A stretch of 52,452 nt of DNA from Eubacteriales bacterium (GCA_045597265.1 JAZODX010000077.1:1-52452), one strand, 5' to 3'. Numbered from the stretch's first letter, positions 8,522-18,001 are shown. Numbers and translations: made by a program. The notes: generated by a model not told the origin, from the letters alone.

Positions 8522-8550
8522 TTGACAAACGGGGAAAGATGTGATATAAT
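8522..8550 (+). promoter_or_regulatory. Consensus sigmaA promoter of the cold-shock gene (about 130-nt 5' UTR follows)
   Basis: Perfect TTGACA-N17-TATAAT. Confidence 0.85.
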
Positions 8551-8684
8551 ACACCCGTATTCGGGACAGTTAGCTATGAACTCACACTTGGTTGTAAGTC
8601 ACAGTTGAAACGGACTTACAGGCGGTGTGAGCTTTTTGTTTGATGGACGGAGTACAATTTTTTCATTTTTTGGAGGACATCAGC

Positions 8685-8897
8685 ATGAACACCGGAACTG
8701 TTAAGTGGTTCGACACCGGAAAGGGCTACGGCTTCATTTCCAACGATAACGGCGGCGACGACGTTTTCGTCCATTTCTCTGCTATTCAGGTAGAGGGCTT
8801 TAAGAATCTGACCGAGGGTCAGAAGGTTGAGTTTGAGACCGAGACCGATCCCAAGAACCCCAATAAGCTTAGAGCAATCAACGTTCGCCCCCTGTAA
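8685..8897 (+). CDS. cspA: Cold-shock protein (CspA family)
   Basis: GTVKWF...KGYGFI (RNP1) and DVFVHFSAI (RNP2). RBS GGAGG lies before ATG 8685; 70 aa. Confidence 0.95.
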   Translation: MNTGTVKWFDTGKGYGFISNDNGGDDVFVHFSAIQVEGFKNLTEGQKVEFETETDPKNPNKLRAINVRPL

Positions 8898-8930
8898 GGC
8901 AGCGTTTCGCCGGTTAACCGGCATACAGTG

Positions 8931-8963
8931 AAAGGGTGACGCGCATCAGCGCGTCACCCTTTT
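8931..8963 (+). terminator. Intrinsic terminator
   Basis: AAAGGGTGACGCGC-ATCA-GCGCGTCACCCTTT followed by a T-rich tail. Confidence 0.85.
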
Positions 8964-9073
8964 CTTGTTTTTGACACTAAAATTGAAGAAATACTTCCAC
9001 TGTCCGGGCGTCAAGGGCGGTGGTTTACTTTTGCGGGTACGTGGAATTTCCGTGTATGACTTTTCTGAGCGAA

Positions 9074-9784
9074 TCAATACTGCTCTTCCTCATATCTGAA
9101 ATTTTTATCGTGCAACTGAGCATGAGCAGACAGTCTCTTTTTATACCGGCGGTTCGTCAGCAAATACTTGCCGCTCAAATCCTTTGCGTGTCCCGATAAT
9201 ATACGGAAAAAATCGATGAATCCCCAATATACATTCGTTGCTATACATAATGCAAACGGAAAGGCTAAGAGCTCTGCCGGGATCACCCGAGCCAAAGCCA
9301 GAGTCAAGGCAAACAGAAGGATTGCAAGGATAAACAGTGATATGTTAATGAAAAATCTTTTTTTATGACCCATATATAGGTTTTGCATACCGCAGAACCC
9401 TAAAAGCAACGATAATATTGCCGCGATTGCTGGATTTTGGGGAGAACGAAAAATACCCTTGGTTAATTTTTCTTTTTCTTTCTCAAAGGAACAACTGCAA
9501 ATTCTGTTCCAGTCGTCACGTTGAGATGCAGAATGTAATATTTTATTATACTCGTGACGATGCAAAATATACTTTTTATTGCAGCACGGACAAACGCTGT
9601 AATATAAAACCGTTGATTTGATAAACGGGATAAACAGAATTGTACAGGTTTGTACACTCCTGCTCAGTTTTGCGTTAACGATGAAATTGCAATGAGGACA
9701 AGTCACGTTCCGTATATATGCGTCATCGATTTCCTGTTGATAAATTGTACCTGCTCTGATCATTGCGTGAAACCTCTTCGTCAA
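9074..9784 (-). CDS. Zinc-ribbon + TM2-domain membrane protein
   Basis: CPHC...TILFIP...CPCC zinc ribbon, then the TM2-like AAILSLLLGFCGMQNLYMG and further TM helices. AT-rich; start may be 9763. Confidence 0.65.
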   Translation of the reverse strand: MTKRFHAMIRAGTIYQQEIDDAYIRNVTCPHCNFIVNAKLSRSVQTCTILFIPFIKSTVLYYSVCPCCNKKYILHRHEYNKILHSASQRDDWNRICSCSFEKEKEKLTKGIFRSPQNPAIAAILSLLLGFCGMQNLYMGHKKRFFINISLFILAILLFALTLALARVIPAELLAFPFALCIATNVYWGFIDFFRILSGHAKDLSGKYLLTNRRYKKRLSAHAQLHDKNFRYEEEQY

Positions 9785-9943
9785 ATGCTGATAGGTATAA
9801 CTATCTTTCCGAAAACTCTTAATTTTATCGATTTTCCGAGAAGATATATACGCATAAGACGGTAACCCGTATGTGCTGCCCGGGCAAAGACATACGAACC
9901 GTTCGTTATGCGGTATCTCCGCACGGAAAACAACCCGGCTGAT

Positions 9944-11461
9944 TTATTTGGGATTGCCCCAAGCAATCTTTCCCTCGGGATTAATGATGAAATGGGTAAA
10001 ATCGCCCTTTTCATACTGCGCCAGAACAACGGTTGCATAACCGTTGACAAATGCGCCGGCCGTTTTGTATTGCGGTTCGATTACCCATTGACCGGCGGTA
10101 TTAATATATCCCCATGCGGATTTTTCCCGCGAGAAGGCAGGACACAGGCCATCGGAAAAATAGCAGTTTTCATTCAGTCCCGAAAAGCTGTTGTAGTGGC
10201 TGTATCTGTTTCCGTCATAGAAAATGAAATCTCTGGTCGGTGCGCACAAAACCTGACCGGCAGCGTCAATAATAGCGGAAAAAGAAACCTTGCTTTTTGA
10301 TTCCAAATCTACACAAATTGCATTTTCTGCATGCATACCGATATGCCATTCTGCGGCCGAGGACAGCTCCGGAACGTCCTTTACCGTAAAATAGTTTCCT
10401 TCTCCGTAGGGCCAAACTGCTGCTTCAAAGGTGCTGTTTACCGTAATTATATCTTGATTTGCGACAAGCTTAGGCCCGGCCTCCCCATACCACCAGAGAG
10501 AACCGTCAACAAACATGACCGCATTGTTCAGCGTGCCCATACAAAATTGAAGCTCGCTGCCCGGCGAGGGACGGAAGGCTAATTTAACGGAGACGGTTGA
10601 AACAACGGCACCGGGACCGAAATCCGCAATGGAAAAAGTGACACCGTCTGCGTAAATCCCTTCCACGTATTCCAGAACGGGATTGTTGTAGCGCCCGTGC
10701 AGTTCGTAGAAATATCCTTCCGCTTCGAGAAAAGAAAAGTCCCAATCGACCTTGTTTCCGTTTTGATCGATTATCCACAATTGTCTGTTTTTATCGAGGA
10801 TGAACGCGCGGCCGTACCGATAACCGGTGGCAGCAACTGCCTCAATGGAAAAAAGCTTCTGGAAGGAGGTATCATAGCAGGTAATAAAATATTCGGTTCC
10901 GCTCAGGGATTCCTTTATCTCTCTGACAAAAAAGCGCCCCTCGGAAATTTCACCGCACGATGTTGACTGAGGAAGCTCGAACCGAGAGCCGTCTTCGATA
11001 TTGATATAAAGTATTTTGCCGTTGGTTGTCGAAGAGGGCTTAAAAATGACGAATTCATCCTGAAGAGAAATGTTTCCGCTCGTTTTATCCGAACGGAACT
11101 CGTCGTATACGATATTTCCTTTCGCGTCGGCGACCACCCATCCCCCGGTGGCGAGAGACAGAACGGTATAGCCCTTGCTTGAGACGTTGGTCACGATGGA
11201 ATAATTCGACCCCATCGTATAGACGTGCTCGGTTTCCTCCTCGGGGGGCGTTTGCGCATCGGTCTCATTGGATTGGGATATGTTTTCCTGGTTTTGTTTG
11301 GTTTCTTCTGCTTCCGCGTGGAAGGTGTCCTTCGGCTCTTCATAGCCCGTGGTTTCTTCCGCTTCCGGGTGGAGCGTATCCCCTGGATTTTCATAGCCTG
11401 TGGTCTCTCCGCAGCCGCATAAGACAAAGAACAGCATAGCGATGCACAGCAATTTTTTCAT
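9944..11461 (-). CDS. WG-repeat-containing lipoprotein
   Basis: Lipoprotein signal MKKLLCIAMLFFVLCGC; C-terminal FSDGLCPA...WGYINTAGQWVIEPQYKTAGAFVNGYA WG repeat. Confidence 0.75.
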   Translation of the reverse strand: MKKLLCIAMLFFVLCGCGETTGYENPGDTLHPEAEETTGYEEPKDTFHAEAEETKQNQENISQSNETDAQTPPEEETEHVYTMGSNYSIVTNVSSKGYTVLSLATGGWVVADAKGNIVYDEFRSDKTSGNISLQDEFVIFKPSSTTNGKILYINIEDGSRFELPQSTSCGEISEGRFFVREIKESLSGTEYFITCYDTSFQKLFSIEAVAATGYRYGRAFILDKNRQLWIIDQNGNKVDWDFSFLEAEGYFYELHGRYNNPVLEYVEGIYADGVTFSIADFGPGAVVSTVSVKLAFRPSPGSELQFCMGTLNNAVMFVDGSLWWYGEAGPKLVANQDIITVNSTFEAAVWPYGEGNYFTVKDVPELSSAAEWHIGMHAENAICVDLESKSKVSFSAIIDAAGQVLCAPTRDFIFYDGNRYSHYNSFSGLNENCYFSDGLCPAFSREKSAWGYINTAGQWVIEPQYKTAGAFVNGYATVVLAQYEKGDFTHFIINPEGKIAWGNPK

Positions 11462-11510
11462 GTTTCCTCTTTTCTGCCCGGGAAAATATCTTCATCCCCG
11501 TGCCATTGCG

Positions 11511-11567
11511 TTATTTTGTAACAAAGTGTTACAAAATAATTGTAACACTTTGTTACAATGAAGTCAA
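11511..11567. promoter_or_regulatory. Double palindromic operator overlapping divergent promoters
   Basis: TGTAACA-AAG-TGTTACA (11517-11533) and TGTAACA-CTT-TGTTACA (11541-11557). Minus-strand TTGACT-N17-TACAAT (11567-11539); plus-strand extended -10 TGTTACAAT (11551-11559). Confidence 0.75.
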
Positions 11568-11581
11568 GGGGGGAGGCAAAA

Positions 11582-11785
11582 ATGATTGGCCTGAAAAAGA
11601 TCCGTAAGCAGCGCAATCTGAATCAGCAAAAGGTGGCTATGGATTTGAACATATCAAGAGAAGCGCTGTCATACTATGAAAACGGAAAACGCGAGCCCTC
11701 TCTGGCGCTGTTGCTGGCTATGTCGAGATATTTTAACGTTTCCATTAACTATTTAATTACCGGTGAAGAATTTCAGAAAAAGTAA
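11582..11785 (+). CDS. XRE-family helix-turn-helix transcriptional regulator
   Basis: LKKIRKQRNLNQQKVA...ISREALSYYENGKREPSL HTH_3 pattern; RBS GGAGG before ATG 11582. Confidence 0.9.
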   Translation: MIGLKKIRKQRNLNQQKVAMDLNISREALSYYENGKREPSLALLLAMSRYFNVSINYLITGEEFQKK

Positions 11786-11790
11786 ATGAT

Positions 11791-11825
11791 ATAAAGAAAA
11801 GGGTGCGTGGCACCCTTTTCTTTAT
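11791..11825. terminator. Bidirectional intrinsic terminator
   Basis: ATAAAGAAAAGGGTGC-GTG-GCACCCTTTTCTTTAT between convergent genes. Confidence 0.85.
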
Positions 11826-12395
11826 TTAGCGATCAAGTGCGCCCTCGCGCAGGACTTGGCCGTCCATGGTGCAGAGCCGCCATGCGCCGCTCTCGGTGTC
11901 GAGCGTCACGTAGGTGGGCGGATTGCCCCCCTTCGGCAGAGCAACCGAGCCCGGATTGAGATAGAGCGCCTGTCCGCCGTTCGGCAGAGGGAAGTTCTCG
12001 GCAGCAAAGAGGTGCGTGTGCCCGTGCAGAAGCACGTCGCCGGCGCGCAGGGGAGGGGGAGCATCGGTTGTGTAATGGTGGCCGTGTGTGGCAAAGACGG
12101 TGTGCGTGCCAACCGAAATCAGCGCGTAGTCGGCGAGCACGGGAAAATTCAGCACCATCTGGTCAACCTCTGCCTCGCAGTTGCCGCGCACGCAGAAGAG
12201 ATCGTCCCGATGCGCACAGAGCAGAGCAATTACGCCCTTGGGGTCGTAAGCGGCGGGCAGATCGTTGCGCGGTCCGTGATAGAGCAGATCGCCCAGCCAA
12301 AGCAGGCGGGATGCGCCCTCGGCGGAGAAGCGCGCAAAGACGCGCTCGGCTGCCGCAAGGTCACCGTGGAGGTCGGATGCAATCATCAGCTTCAT
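11826..12395 (-). CDS. yfcE: Phosphodiesterase, YfcE family (calcineurin-like metallophosphoesterase)
   Basis: ASDLHG, GDLLYHGPRNDLP, VRGNCEAEVDQ, THGH, HGHTH and NPGS motifs; start MKLMIASD at 12395. Confidence 0.9.
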   Translation of the reverse strand: MKLMIASDLHGDLAAAERVFARFSAEGASRLLWLGDLLYHGPRNDLPAAYDPKGVIALLCAHRDDLFCVRGNCEAEVDQMVLNFPVLADYALISVGTHTVFATHGHHYTTDAPPPLRAGDVLLHGHTHLFAAENFPLPNGGQALYLNPGSVALPKGGNPPTYVTLDTESGAWRLCTMDGQVLREGALDR

Positions 12396-12429
12396 ATCGT
12401 TACGTTTCCTTTTCGTTGATTTTGGGGCA

Positions 12430-12876
12430 TCAAAGTGCGCCTTCGAGCGTTCGGGCAAAGGATTCGAGCCCGGCACGGTCCTTTTCGGTGAATCGGTCCG
12501 TCACGGGGCTGTCAATGTCCAGCACGCCGAAGAGTCGTCCCTCTCGCATCAGCGGGATGACGATCTCCGAGCGGGATGCACCGTCACAGGCGATATGCCC
12601 CGGAAAAGCGTGTACGTCGGGGACGACGACCGTCTCCCCGCGCGCCGCAGCCGTGCCGCAGACCCCGCGGCCAAGCGGAATTTCAATGCAGGCCGGCTTG
12701 CCCTGAAAGGGGCCGAGGACGAGGAGAGTTTCTCCCTCAAGCAGATAAAATCCCGCCCAGTTGATGCGGGAAAGCGAGGTATAGAGCAGTGCGGCGGCAT
12801 TGGCCAGATTGGCCGTCGGATGCGGCACGCCCTCGGTCAGTGCACGCAGCTCGGCGCAAAGCGCTGTATAATTCAT
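12430..12876 (-). CDS. msrC: GAF-domain protein, free methionine-(R)-sulfoxide reductase (MsrC/YebR-like)
   Basis: NWAGFY...LGPFQGKPAC...GRGVCG...FPGHIACD..SRSEIVIP...LDIDSP. Confidence 0.85.
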   Translation of the reverse strand: MNYTALCAELRALTEGVPHPTANLANAAALLYTSLSRINWAGFYLLEGETLLVLGPFQGKPACIEIPLGRGVCGTAAARGETVVVPDVHAFPGHIACDGASRSEIVIPLMREGRLFGVLDIDSPVTDRFTEKDRAGLESFARTLEGAL

Positions 12877-12903
12877 CGGACCCTCTCCTTTGGGTTTTTC
12901 TTT

Positions 12904-12972
12904 ATGATACACTATTTTTCCCCTGCCGTCAAGAGAAAAAAGGTTGTAATTCTCCCCGATCCGTGATATAAT
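12904..12972. promoter_or_regulatory. Back-to-back sigmaA promoters (GAF operon and MFS gene)
   Basis: Minus strand TTGACG-N17-TATCAT (12932-12904); plus strand TTGTAA-N17-TATAAT (12944-12972). Confidence 0.6.
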
Positions 12973-13113
12973 ATCGTCGGTTTGCCGCTTGGGCGATATG
13001 GTATGTTAGCGTCAGTCGGCAGAATTGCGTCGCCCTTTGCGGCAGAATCGTACGGTATTCGGGCAAGGACGACGCCTCGGTAAAAATCATTACCTTTACA
13101 AAGGAGAAGCATC

Positions 13114-14346
13114 ATGTCATCCCCGTATCGGTCTCTCAAGCTTGCCTGCTATACGACCAACATCTCCATGTCGGTCGTCGGCAATCTCTCCCCGCTGCTC
13201 TTTCTGACCTTCCGCGAGCTTTACGGCATTTCCTATTCGCTCCTCGGCTTGCTCGTTCTCGTCAATTTCTTCACGCAGCTGGTCATTGACCTCATTTTTT
13301 CCTTTTTCTCTCACAAATTCAATATTCCCAAAACGGTCAAGTTCACCCCCGTGCTCACCTTTATCGGACTTGCCGTCTACGCCCTCTGGCCCTTTTTCTT
13401 CCCCCGCGCGGTCTATGCGGGCCTTCTCCTCGGCACGGTCATTTTTTCGGCCTCGGGCGGCCTCTGCGAGGTGCTCATCAGCCCCGTCATTGCGGCGATC
13501 CCTGCCGATGACCCCGACCGCGAGATGTCGAAGCTCCATTCGATCTATGCATGGGGTGTCGTGTTCGTCATTGTTTTCAGCACCCTCTTTCTGCTCCTCT
13601 TCGGCGCGGAAAATTGGCAGCTCCTCGCCCTGCTCTTTCTCTGCATCCCGCTGACCTCGGCCATTCTCTTCACCCGCTCCGCCATTCCGCAGATGGAAAC
13701 GCCGGAACGGGTATCGGGGGCACTCCGTATGCTCAAAAACAAAAATCTTCTGCTCTGCGTTGCCGCAATCTTCCTCGGCGGTGCGGCAGAATGTACGATG
13801 GCGCAGTGGAGCTCGGGCTATCTTGAGCAGACGCTTGGGATTCCCAAGGTGTGGGGAGATATTTTCGGCGTTGCCCTCTTCGGTATGACGCTGGGGCTTG
13901 GCCGTACCCTCTATGCCAAGCGAGGCAAGCAGATCACCCGCGTTCTCTTTTGGGGGGCGGTCGGTGCGGCGCTCTGCTATCTCCTCGCCGCGCTGACGCA
14001 GAATCCCTTCCTTGGTCTCGCGGCCTGCGCGATCACCGGTCTTTGCGTATCGATGCTCTGGCCGGGCAGCCTGATCGTCGCAGCCGACCGTGTTCCTGCC
14101 GGGGGAGTGTTCGTCTACGCCCTGATGGCCGCAGGCGGCGACCTTGGCGCATCGGTCGGCCCGCAGTTGATCGGCATCATTACCGACGCCGCCATTGCCT
14201 CGCCCGCCGCTATTGCCATGGCTGAGCGCATCAGCCTCTCTCCCGAACAGCTCGGCATGAAGCTCGGTATGCTCGTCGGTATGCTCTTCCCCCTCGCCGC
14301 GATCCCCCTCTACGCCTACCTCCGCCGCACGGCAGCCCGAAAATAA
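13114..14346 (+). CDS. Major facilitator superfamily transporter (fucose-permease-like)
   Basis: About 12 hydrophobic helices, 410 aa, RBS AAGGAG. Confidence 0.85.
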   Translation: MSSPYRSLKLACYTTNISMSVVGNLSPLLFLTFRELYGISYSLLGLLVLVNFFTQLVIDLIFSFFSHKFNIPKTVKFTPVLTFIGLAVYALWPFFFPRAVYAGLLLGTVIFSASGGLCEVLISPVIAAIPADDPDREMSKLHSIYAWGVVFVIVFSTLFLLLFGAENWQLLALLFLCIPLTSAILFTRSAIPQMETPERVSGALRMLKNKNLLLCVAAIFLGGAAECTMAQWSSGYLEQTLGIPKVWGDIFGVALFGMTLGLGRTLYAKRGKQITRVLFWGAVGAALCYLLAALTQNPFLGLAACAITGLCVSMLWPGSLIVAADRVPAGGVFVYALMAAGGDLGASVGPQLIGIITDAAIASPAAIAMAERISLSPEQLGMKLGMLVGMLFPLAAIPLYAYLRRTAARK

Positions 14347-14349
14347 ACC

Positions 14350-14395
14350 AACAAAAGCAGAGCACCGCACGATACTGCGGTGCTCTGCTTTTGTT
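14350..14395. terminator. Bidirectional intrinsic terminator
   Basis: 20-bp perfect stem AACAAAAGCAGAGCACCGCA / TGCGGTGCTCTGCTTTTGTT between convergent genes. Confidence 0.85.
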
Positions 14396-14404
14396 CTGTT
14401 GTAT

Positions 14405-16147
14405 TTACTGTGCGAACTGGCTTCGGTAGAGGGTATAGTAAAAGCCCTTCTGCGCGAGGAGCTCGGCGTGCGTGCCCTGCTCGATGATATGGCCGTCGCG
14501 CATGACGAGGATGACGTCGGCTTCGCGGATGGTGGAGAGTCGGTGAGCGATGATAAAGGAGGTATGCCCTGCGGTCAGGCGGGCGAAGGCCGACTGAATT
14601 TTCTGTTCGGTGCGGGTATCGATGGAGGAGGTGGCCTCGTCGAGAATGAGCATGGGCGGGAGGCAGAGCATGACGCGGGTGATGCAAAGCAGCTGCTTCT
14701 GTCCCTGCGAAAGGCTGCCGCCGTCCTCGCCGATCATGGTGTGATAGCCGTCGGGCAGGCGGCGAATGAAGCTGTGGGCGTGGGCCGCCTTGGCTGCGGC
14801 GATGACCTCTTCATCGGTTGCGTCGGGGCGTCCCATGACGATATTCTCGCGAATGGTGCCCGAGCGGAGCCAGGTTTCCTGCAGGACCATGCCGTAGCTT
14901 TGGCGCAGGGATTTGCGGGTCAGGGTACGGATATCGCGGCCGTCCACCGAGATGCCGCCGCCGTCCACGTCGTAGAAGCGCATCAGCAGATTGATCAGCG
15001 TCGTCTTGCCGCACCCGGTCGGACCGACGATAGCAACGCGCTGTCCGGGCGAGACGGTGAGATTGAGCCCCTCGATCAGTGGGCGCGCGGGATCGTAGGC
15101 AAAGCTGACCTCACGCAGGTCAACCGCGCCGTCGGGCGAGGTGAGGGTATACGCGTCGGCCGGCTCGGGCGTCTGGGGCGTTTCGTCAATCAGAGCAAAG
15201 ACGCGGGCGGCACAGGTGAGCGCATTCTGCAGCTCGGTGACAACCCCCGAGATTTCGTTGAAGGGCTTGGTATACTGATTGGCGTAGCTGAGGAAGCAGG
15301 AGAGTGCACCGACCGTTAGCCCGCCCGTCAGTGCCGCAAAGGCACCAGCGATACCGACGCCGGCATAGACCATTGCGTTGACGAAACGGGTACAGGGATT
15401 GGTCAGCGAGGAGAAGAAGATGGCCTTGAGCCCGGCTGCGCGCAGTGCTTCGTTTGCCTCGTCAAATCGGGCAAGCACGCGTTCCTCCATGCCAAAGGCG
15501 CGAACGACCTTCTGCCCGCCGATCATTTCGTCCACGATGGCCGTCTGTACCCCTCTTGCCTCGGCCTGCGCACGGAAGAAGGTGTGGGTGCGTTTGGCGA
15601 TGAAGGCGGCAACGAAGAGGGAGAGGGGGGTGATCAGCACGACGATGAGGGTAATGCCGACGTGAATGGAGAGCATAAAGCCGATGGTACCGACGATGGT
15701 GACGACACCGGTGAAGAGCTGGGTGAAGCCCATGAGCAGGCCGTCGGCGAACTGATCGACGTCGGCTACGACGCGGCTGACCACCTCACCGACCGGATGG
15801 CAGTCCAGATAGCGGAGGGGGAGAATCTGTATCCGACGGAAGGCGTCGCGGCGCATATCCCGCACCACGCCGTAGGTGACGCGGTTGCCGCAGAGGTTCA
15901 TCAGCCACTGGGCGAGGGCGGCGGCCGCCGTGATCACGGCAACGCGGAGGAGGATGGGGGTGATGGCCGCAAAATCAACCTGTCCCGGTGCGACGATGCA
16001 GTCGATGGCCCGCCCGACGAGGATGGGAATATAGAGGGCAGCCGCCACCTGTGCGGCCGCAAAGACCAGCAAGAGGAGGATCAGCCACGCATAGGGGCGC
16101 AGGCAGTGGAAGACGCGGCGGAGGGTGGAGGCGTTCTTTTTCGACAT
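14405..16147 (-). CDS. ABC exporter, fused permease/ATPase (heterodimer subunit B)
   Basis: TMD plus GPTGCGKTT, LSQGQKQ, LILDEAT and IAHRL. Start MSKKNAS at 16147; the longer ORF start overlaps the upstream gene. Confidence 0.92.
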   Translation of the reverse strand: MSKKNASTLRRVFHCLRPYAWLILLLLVFAAAQVAAALYIPILVGRAIDCIVAPGQVDFAAITPILLRVAVITAAAALAQWLMNLCGNRVTYGVVRDMRRDAFRRIQILPLRYLDCHPVGEVVSRVVADVDQFADGLLMGFTQLFTGVVTIVGTIGFMLSIHVGITLIVVLITPLSLFVAAFIAKRTHTFFRAQAEARGVQTAIVDEMIGGQKVVRAFGMEERVLARFDEANEALRAAGLKAIFFSSLTNPCTRFVNAMVYAGVGIAGAFAALTGGLTVGALSCFLSYANQYTKPFNEISGVVTELQNALTCAARVFALIDETPQTPEPADAYTLTSPDGAVDLREVSFAYDPARPLIEGLNLTVSPGQRVAIVGPTGCGKTTLINLLMRFYDVDGGGISVDGRDIRTLTRKSLRQSYGMVLQETWLRSGTIRENIVMGRPDATDEEVIAAAKAAHAHSFIRRLPDGYHTMIGEDGGSLSQGQKQLLCITRVMLCLPPMLILDEATSSIDTRTEQKIQSAFARLTAGHTSFIIAHRLSTIREADVILVMRDGHIIEQGTHAELLAQKGFYYTLYRSQFAQ

Positions 16148-16148
16148 A

Positions 16149-17885
16149 TCACTCCGCCTCCTTTTCAAACTGGGAATAGTAGATTTCGGCGTAAATCGGG
16201 CAGTCGCGGAGCAGCTCGTCGTGCGTACCGATGCCGACGGGGAGGCCGTCATCGAGCACGATGATGCGGTCGGCGTGGCGGATCGAAGCAGCGCGTTGGG
16301 AGACGATGAAAACGGTGGGGTTGCCCGGCAGGGTGCGAAGCGAGGCACGGAGCGCGGCGTCGGTGGCATAGTCGAGTGCCGAGGCGCTGTCGTCAAGAAT
16401 AAGAATCTCGGGGCGGGACACGAGCGCGCGGGCGATAGTCAGCCGCTGGCGCTGTCCGCCCGAGAGATTGCGGCCGTTTTGTTCAACCCTCGCGTCAAGG
16501 CCGCCCTCCTTTTTTTCAACGATTTCTCTGGCCTGTGCGTAGGCAAGGGCGTCCCAGAGCGCGCCGTCATCGGACGGCACGTCCTCCCGTGCGCCCCAGA
16601 GCAGATTTTCGCGGACGGTGCCCGCAAACAGCGTTGCCTTTTGCGGCACGACGGCGATCTTCTCCCGCAGAGCGTCGAGGGCGTAGTCGCGCACGTCGGT
16701 GCCGTTGATGCGAAGCTCGCCCGCCGTCACGTCGTAGAAGCGGGGGATAAGATGTACAAGGGTGGTTTTGCCCGAGCCCGTACCGCCGATGACGCCGACC
16801 GTCTCCCCCCGTCCGACACGGAGAGAAAGGTTTTCAAGCGATGGCTCGGCCGCACCCGCATAGGTGAAGCTGACACCGCGGAACTCCACGGCAATTGAGG
16901 GATCGCTTCCCTCGCGCACCGGCGCGGCTGCCGCGGGCATGGAGGAGCTGACGGCAAAGACCGACGAGATGCGTCCCGCACAGGCGAGCGATTTGTTGAT
17001 GGTGATGATGAGGTTGGCCAGCTTGATCAGCTCGACGAGAATCTGGCTCATGTAGTTATAGAGCGCGACCACCTGCCCCTGGGTCAGCACGTTGTTCTCC
17101 ACGCGGAGCGCGCCGACCTGCACGAGGACGATGACGGCGAGATTGACGATGACGTAGGTCAGCGGATTCATCAGCGCCGACACGCGGCCGACCTTGCGCT
17201 GGAGTCTGGTCAGCCACTCATTGCGGGCGTCAAATTCCTCCCGCTCGGCCTCCTCGCGGCCGAAGGCGCGGATGACCCGCGCACCCGCGAGATTTTCTCT
17301 CGTGCTGCCGAGCACCCGATCCAGCGCCGCGCCGACCTCACGGAAGCGTGGGATACTCCAGCACATGATGCCGAAGACCACGGCCGAGAGGAGCGGAATG
17401 GTAACGACGAAAACGAGGGCGGCGGGAACGTCGACCGTGAAGGCCATAATCATGGCACCGAACACGATGAAGGGCGAGCGCAAAAAGAGGCGCAAAACCA
17501 GATTGACCCCCGACTGCACCTGATTGACGTCAGCCGTCATGCGGGCAATCAGCCCCGATGTGCCGAGACGGTCAAGCTCGGTGTAGGAGAGCGACTGGAT
17601 ATGTGCAAAGAGGGCGTGCCGCAGAGAGGCGGCCGAGCCGACGGCGGCACGTGCGGCAAAATATTGTGCCGTCACCGCACAGACGAGACCAATCAGGCCA
17701 AGGGCGACAAGAATTCCTCCCATGCGGAGAATGACACCACGGTCCTCCCCGCCGATGCCGCGATCAATCATGGCCGCCACAACGAGCGGCACGAAAAGCT
17801 CGAATATCGCCTCGAGCATTTTGAAGAGGGGTGCCAGGACGCAGTCACGCCGATAGGCCCGCAGATGCTTCAATACTGTTTTCAC
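16149..17885 (-). CDS. ABC exporter, fused permease/ATPase (heterodimer subunit A, degenerate site)
   Basis: GGTGSGKTT, LSGGQRQR, degenerate Walker B ILDDS and SQR in place of the H-loop, as in TM287/288-type pairs. GTG start at 17885 with a GGAG RBS. Confidence 0.92.
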   Translation of the reverse strand: MKTVLKHLRAYRRDCVLAPLFKMLEAIFELFVPLVVAAMIDRGIGGEDRGVILRMGGILVALGLIGLVCAVTAQYFAARAAVGSAASLRHALFAHIQSLSYTELDRLGTSGLIARMTADVNQVQSGVNLVLRLFLRSPFIVFGAMIMAFTVDVPAALVFVVTIPLLSAVVFGIMCWSIPRFREVGAALDRVLGSTRENLAGARVIRAFGREEAEREEFDARNEWLTRLQRKVGRVSALMNPLTYVIVNLAVIVLVQVGALRVENNVLTQGQVVALYNYMSQILVELIKLANLIITINKSLACAGRISSVFAVSSSMPAAAAPVREGSDPSIAVEFRGVSFTYAGAAEPSLENLSLRVGRGETVGVIGGTGSGKTTLVHLIPRFYDVTAGELRINGTDVRDYALDALREKIAVVPQKATLFAGTVRENLLWGAREDVPSDDGALWDALAYAQAREIVEKKEGGLDARVEQNGRNLSGGQRQRLTIARALVSRPEILILDDSASALDYATDAALRASLRTLPGNPTVFIVSQRAASIRHADRIIVLDDGLPVGIGTHDELLRDCPIYAEIYYSQFEKEAE

Positions 17886-17917
17886 GCAAATTCTCCATAT
17901 CAAGTTAAATTACCGAT

Positions 17918-17946
17918 ATTATACCATGAAACGCTTCACGGGTCAA
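17918..17946 (-). promoter_or_regulatory. sigmaA promoter of the ABC exporter operon
   Basis: Minus strand TTGACC-N17-TATAAT with extended TG. Confidence 0.7.
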
Positions 17947-18001
17947 TGGCGGTTCCATGAATTCCCGGTGTCAGCCGGGGGAAAATAATTTTCGAAAAGA
18001 T

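Noticed and set aside
9781-10050. 89-aa ORF bridging the WG-repeat and TM2 genes
   Set aside because: Overlaps the 3' end of the WG-repeat gene, has no RBS or motif, and cannot be supported.
13117-14370. 417-aa minus-strand ORF
   Set aside because: Antisense shadow of the MFS gene, a codon-bias effect in high-GC DNA.
14405-16396. Extended N-termini given by the ORF track (also for proA, nth, zapA, csp, yfcE, the SBPs and sigma-LRR)
   Set aside because: The extensions overlap neighbouring genes or promoters; downstream starts have clear RBSs and match family N-termini.
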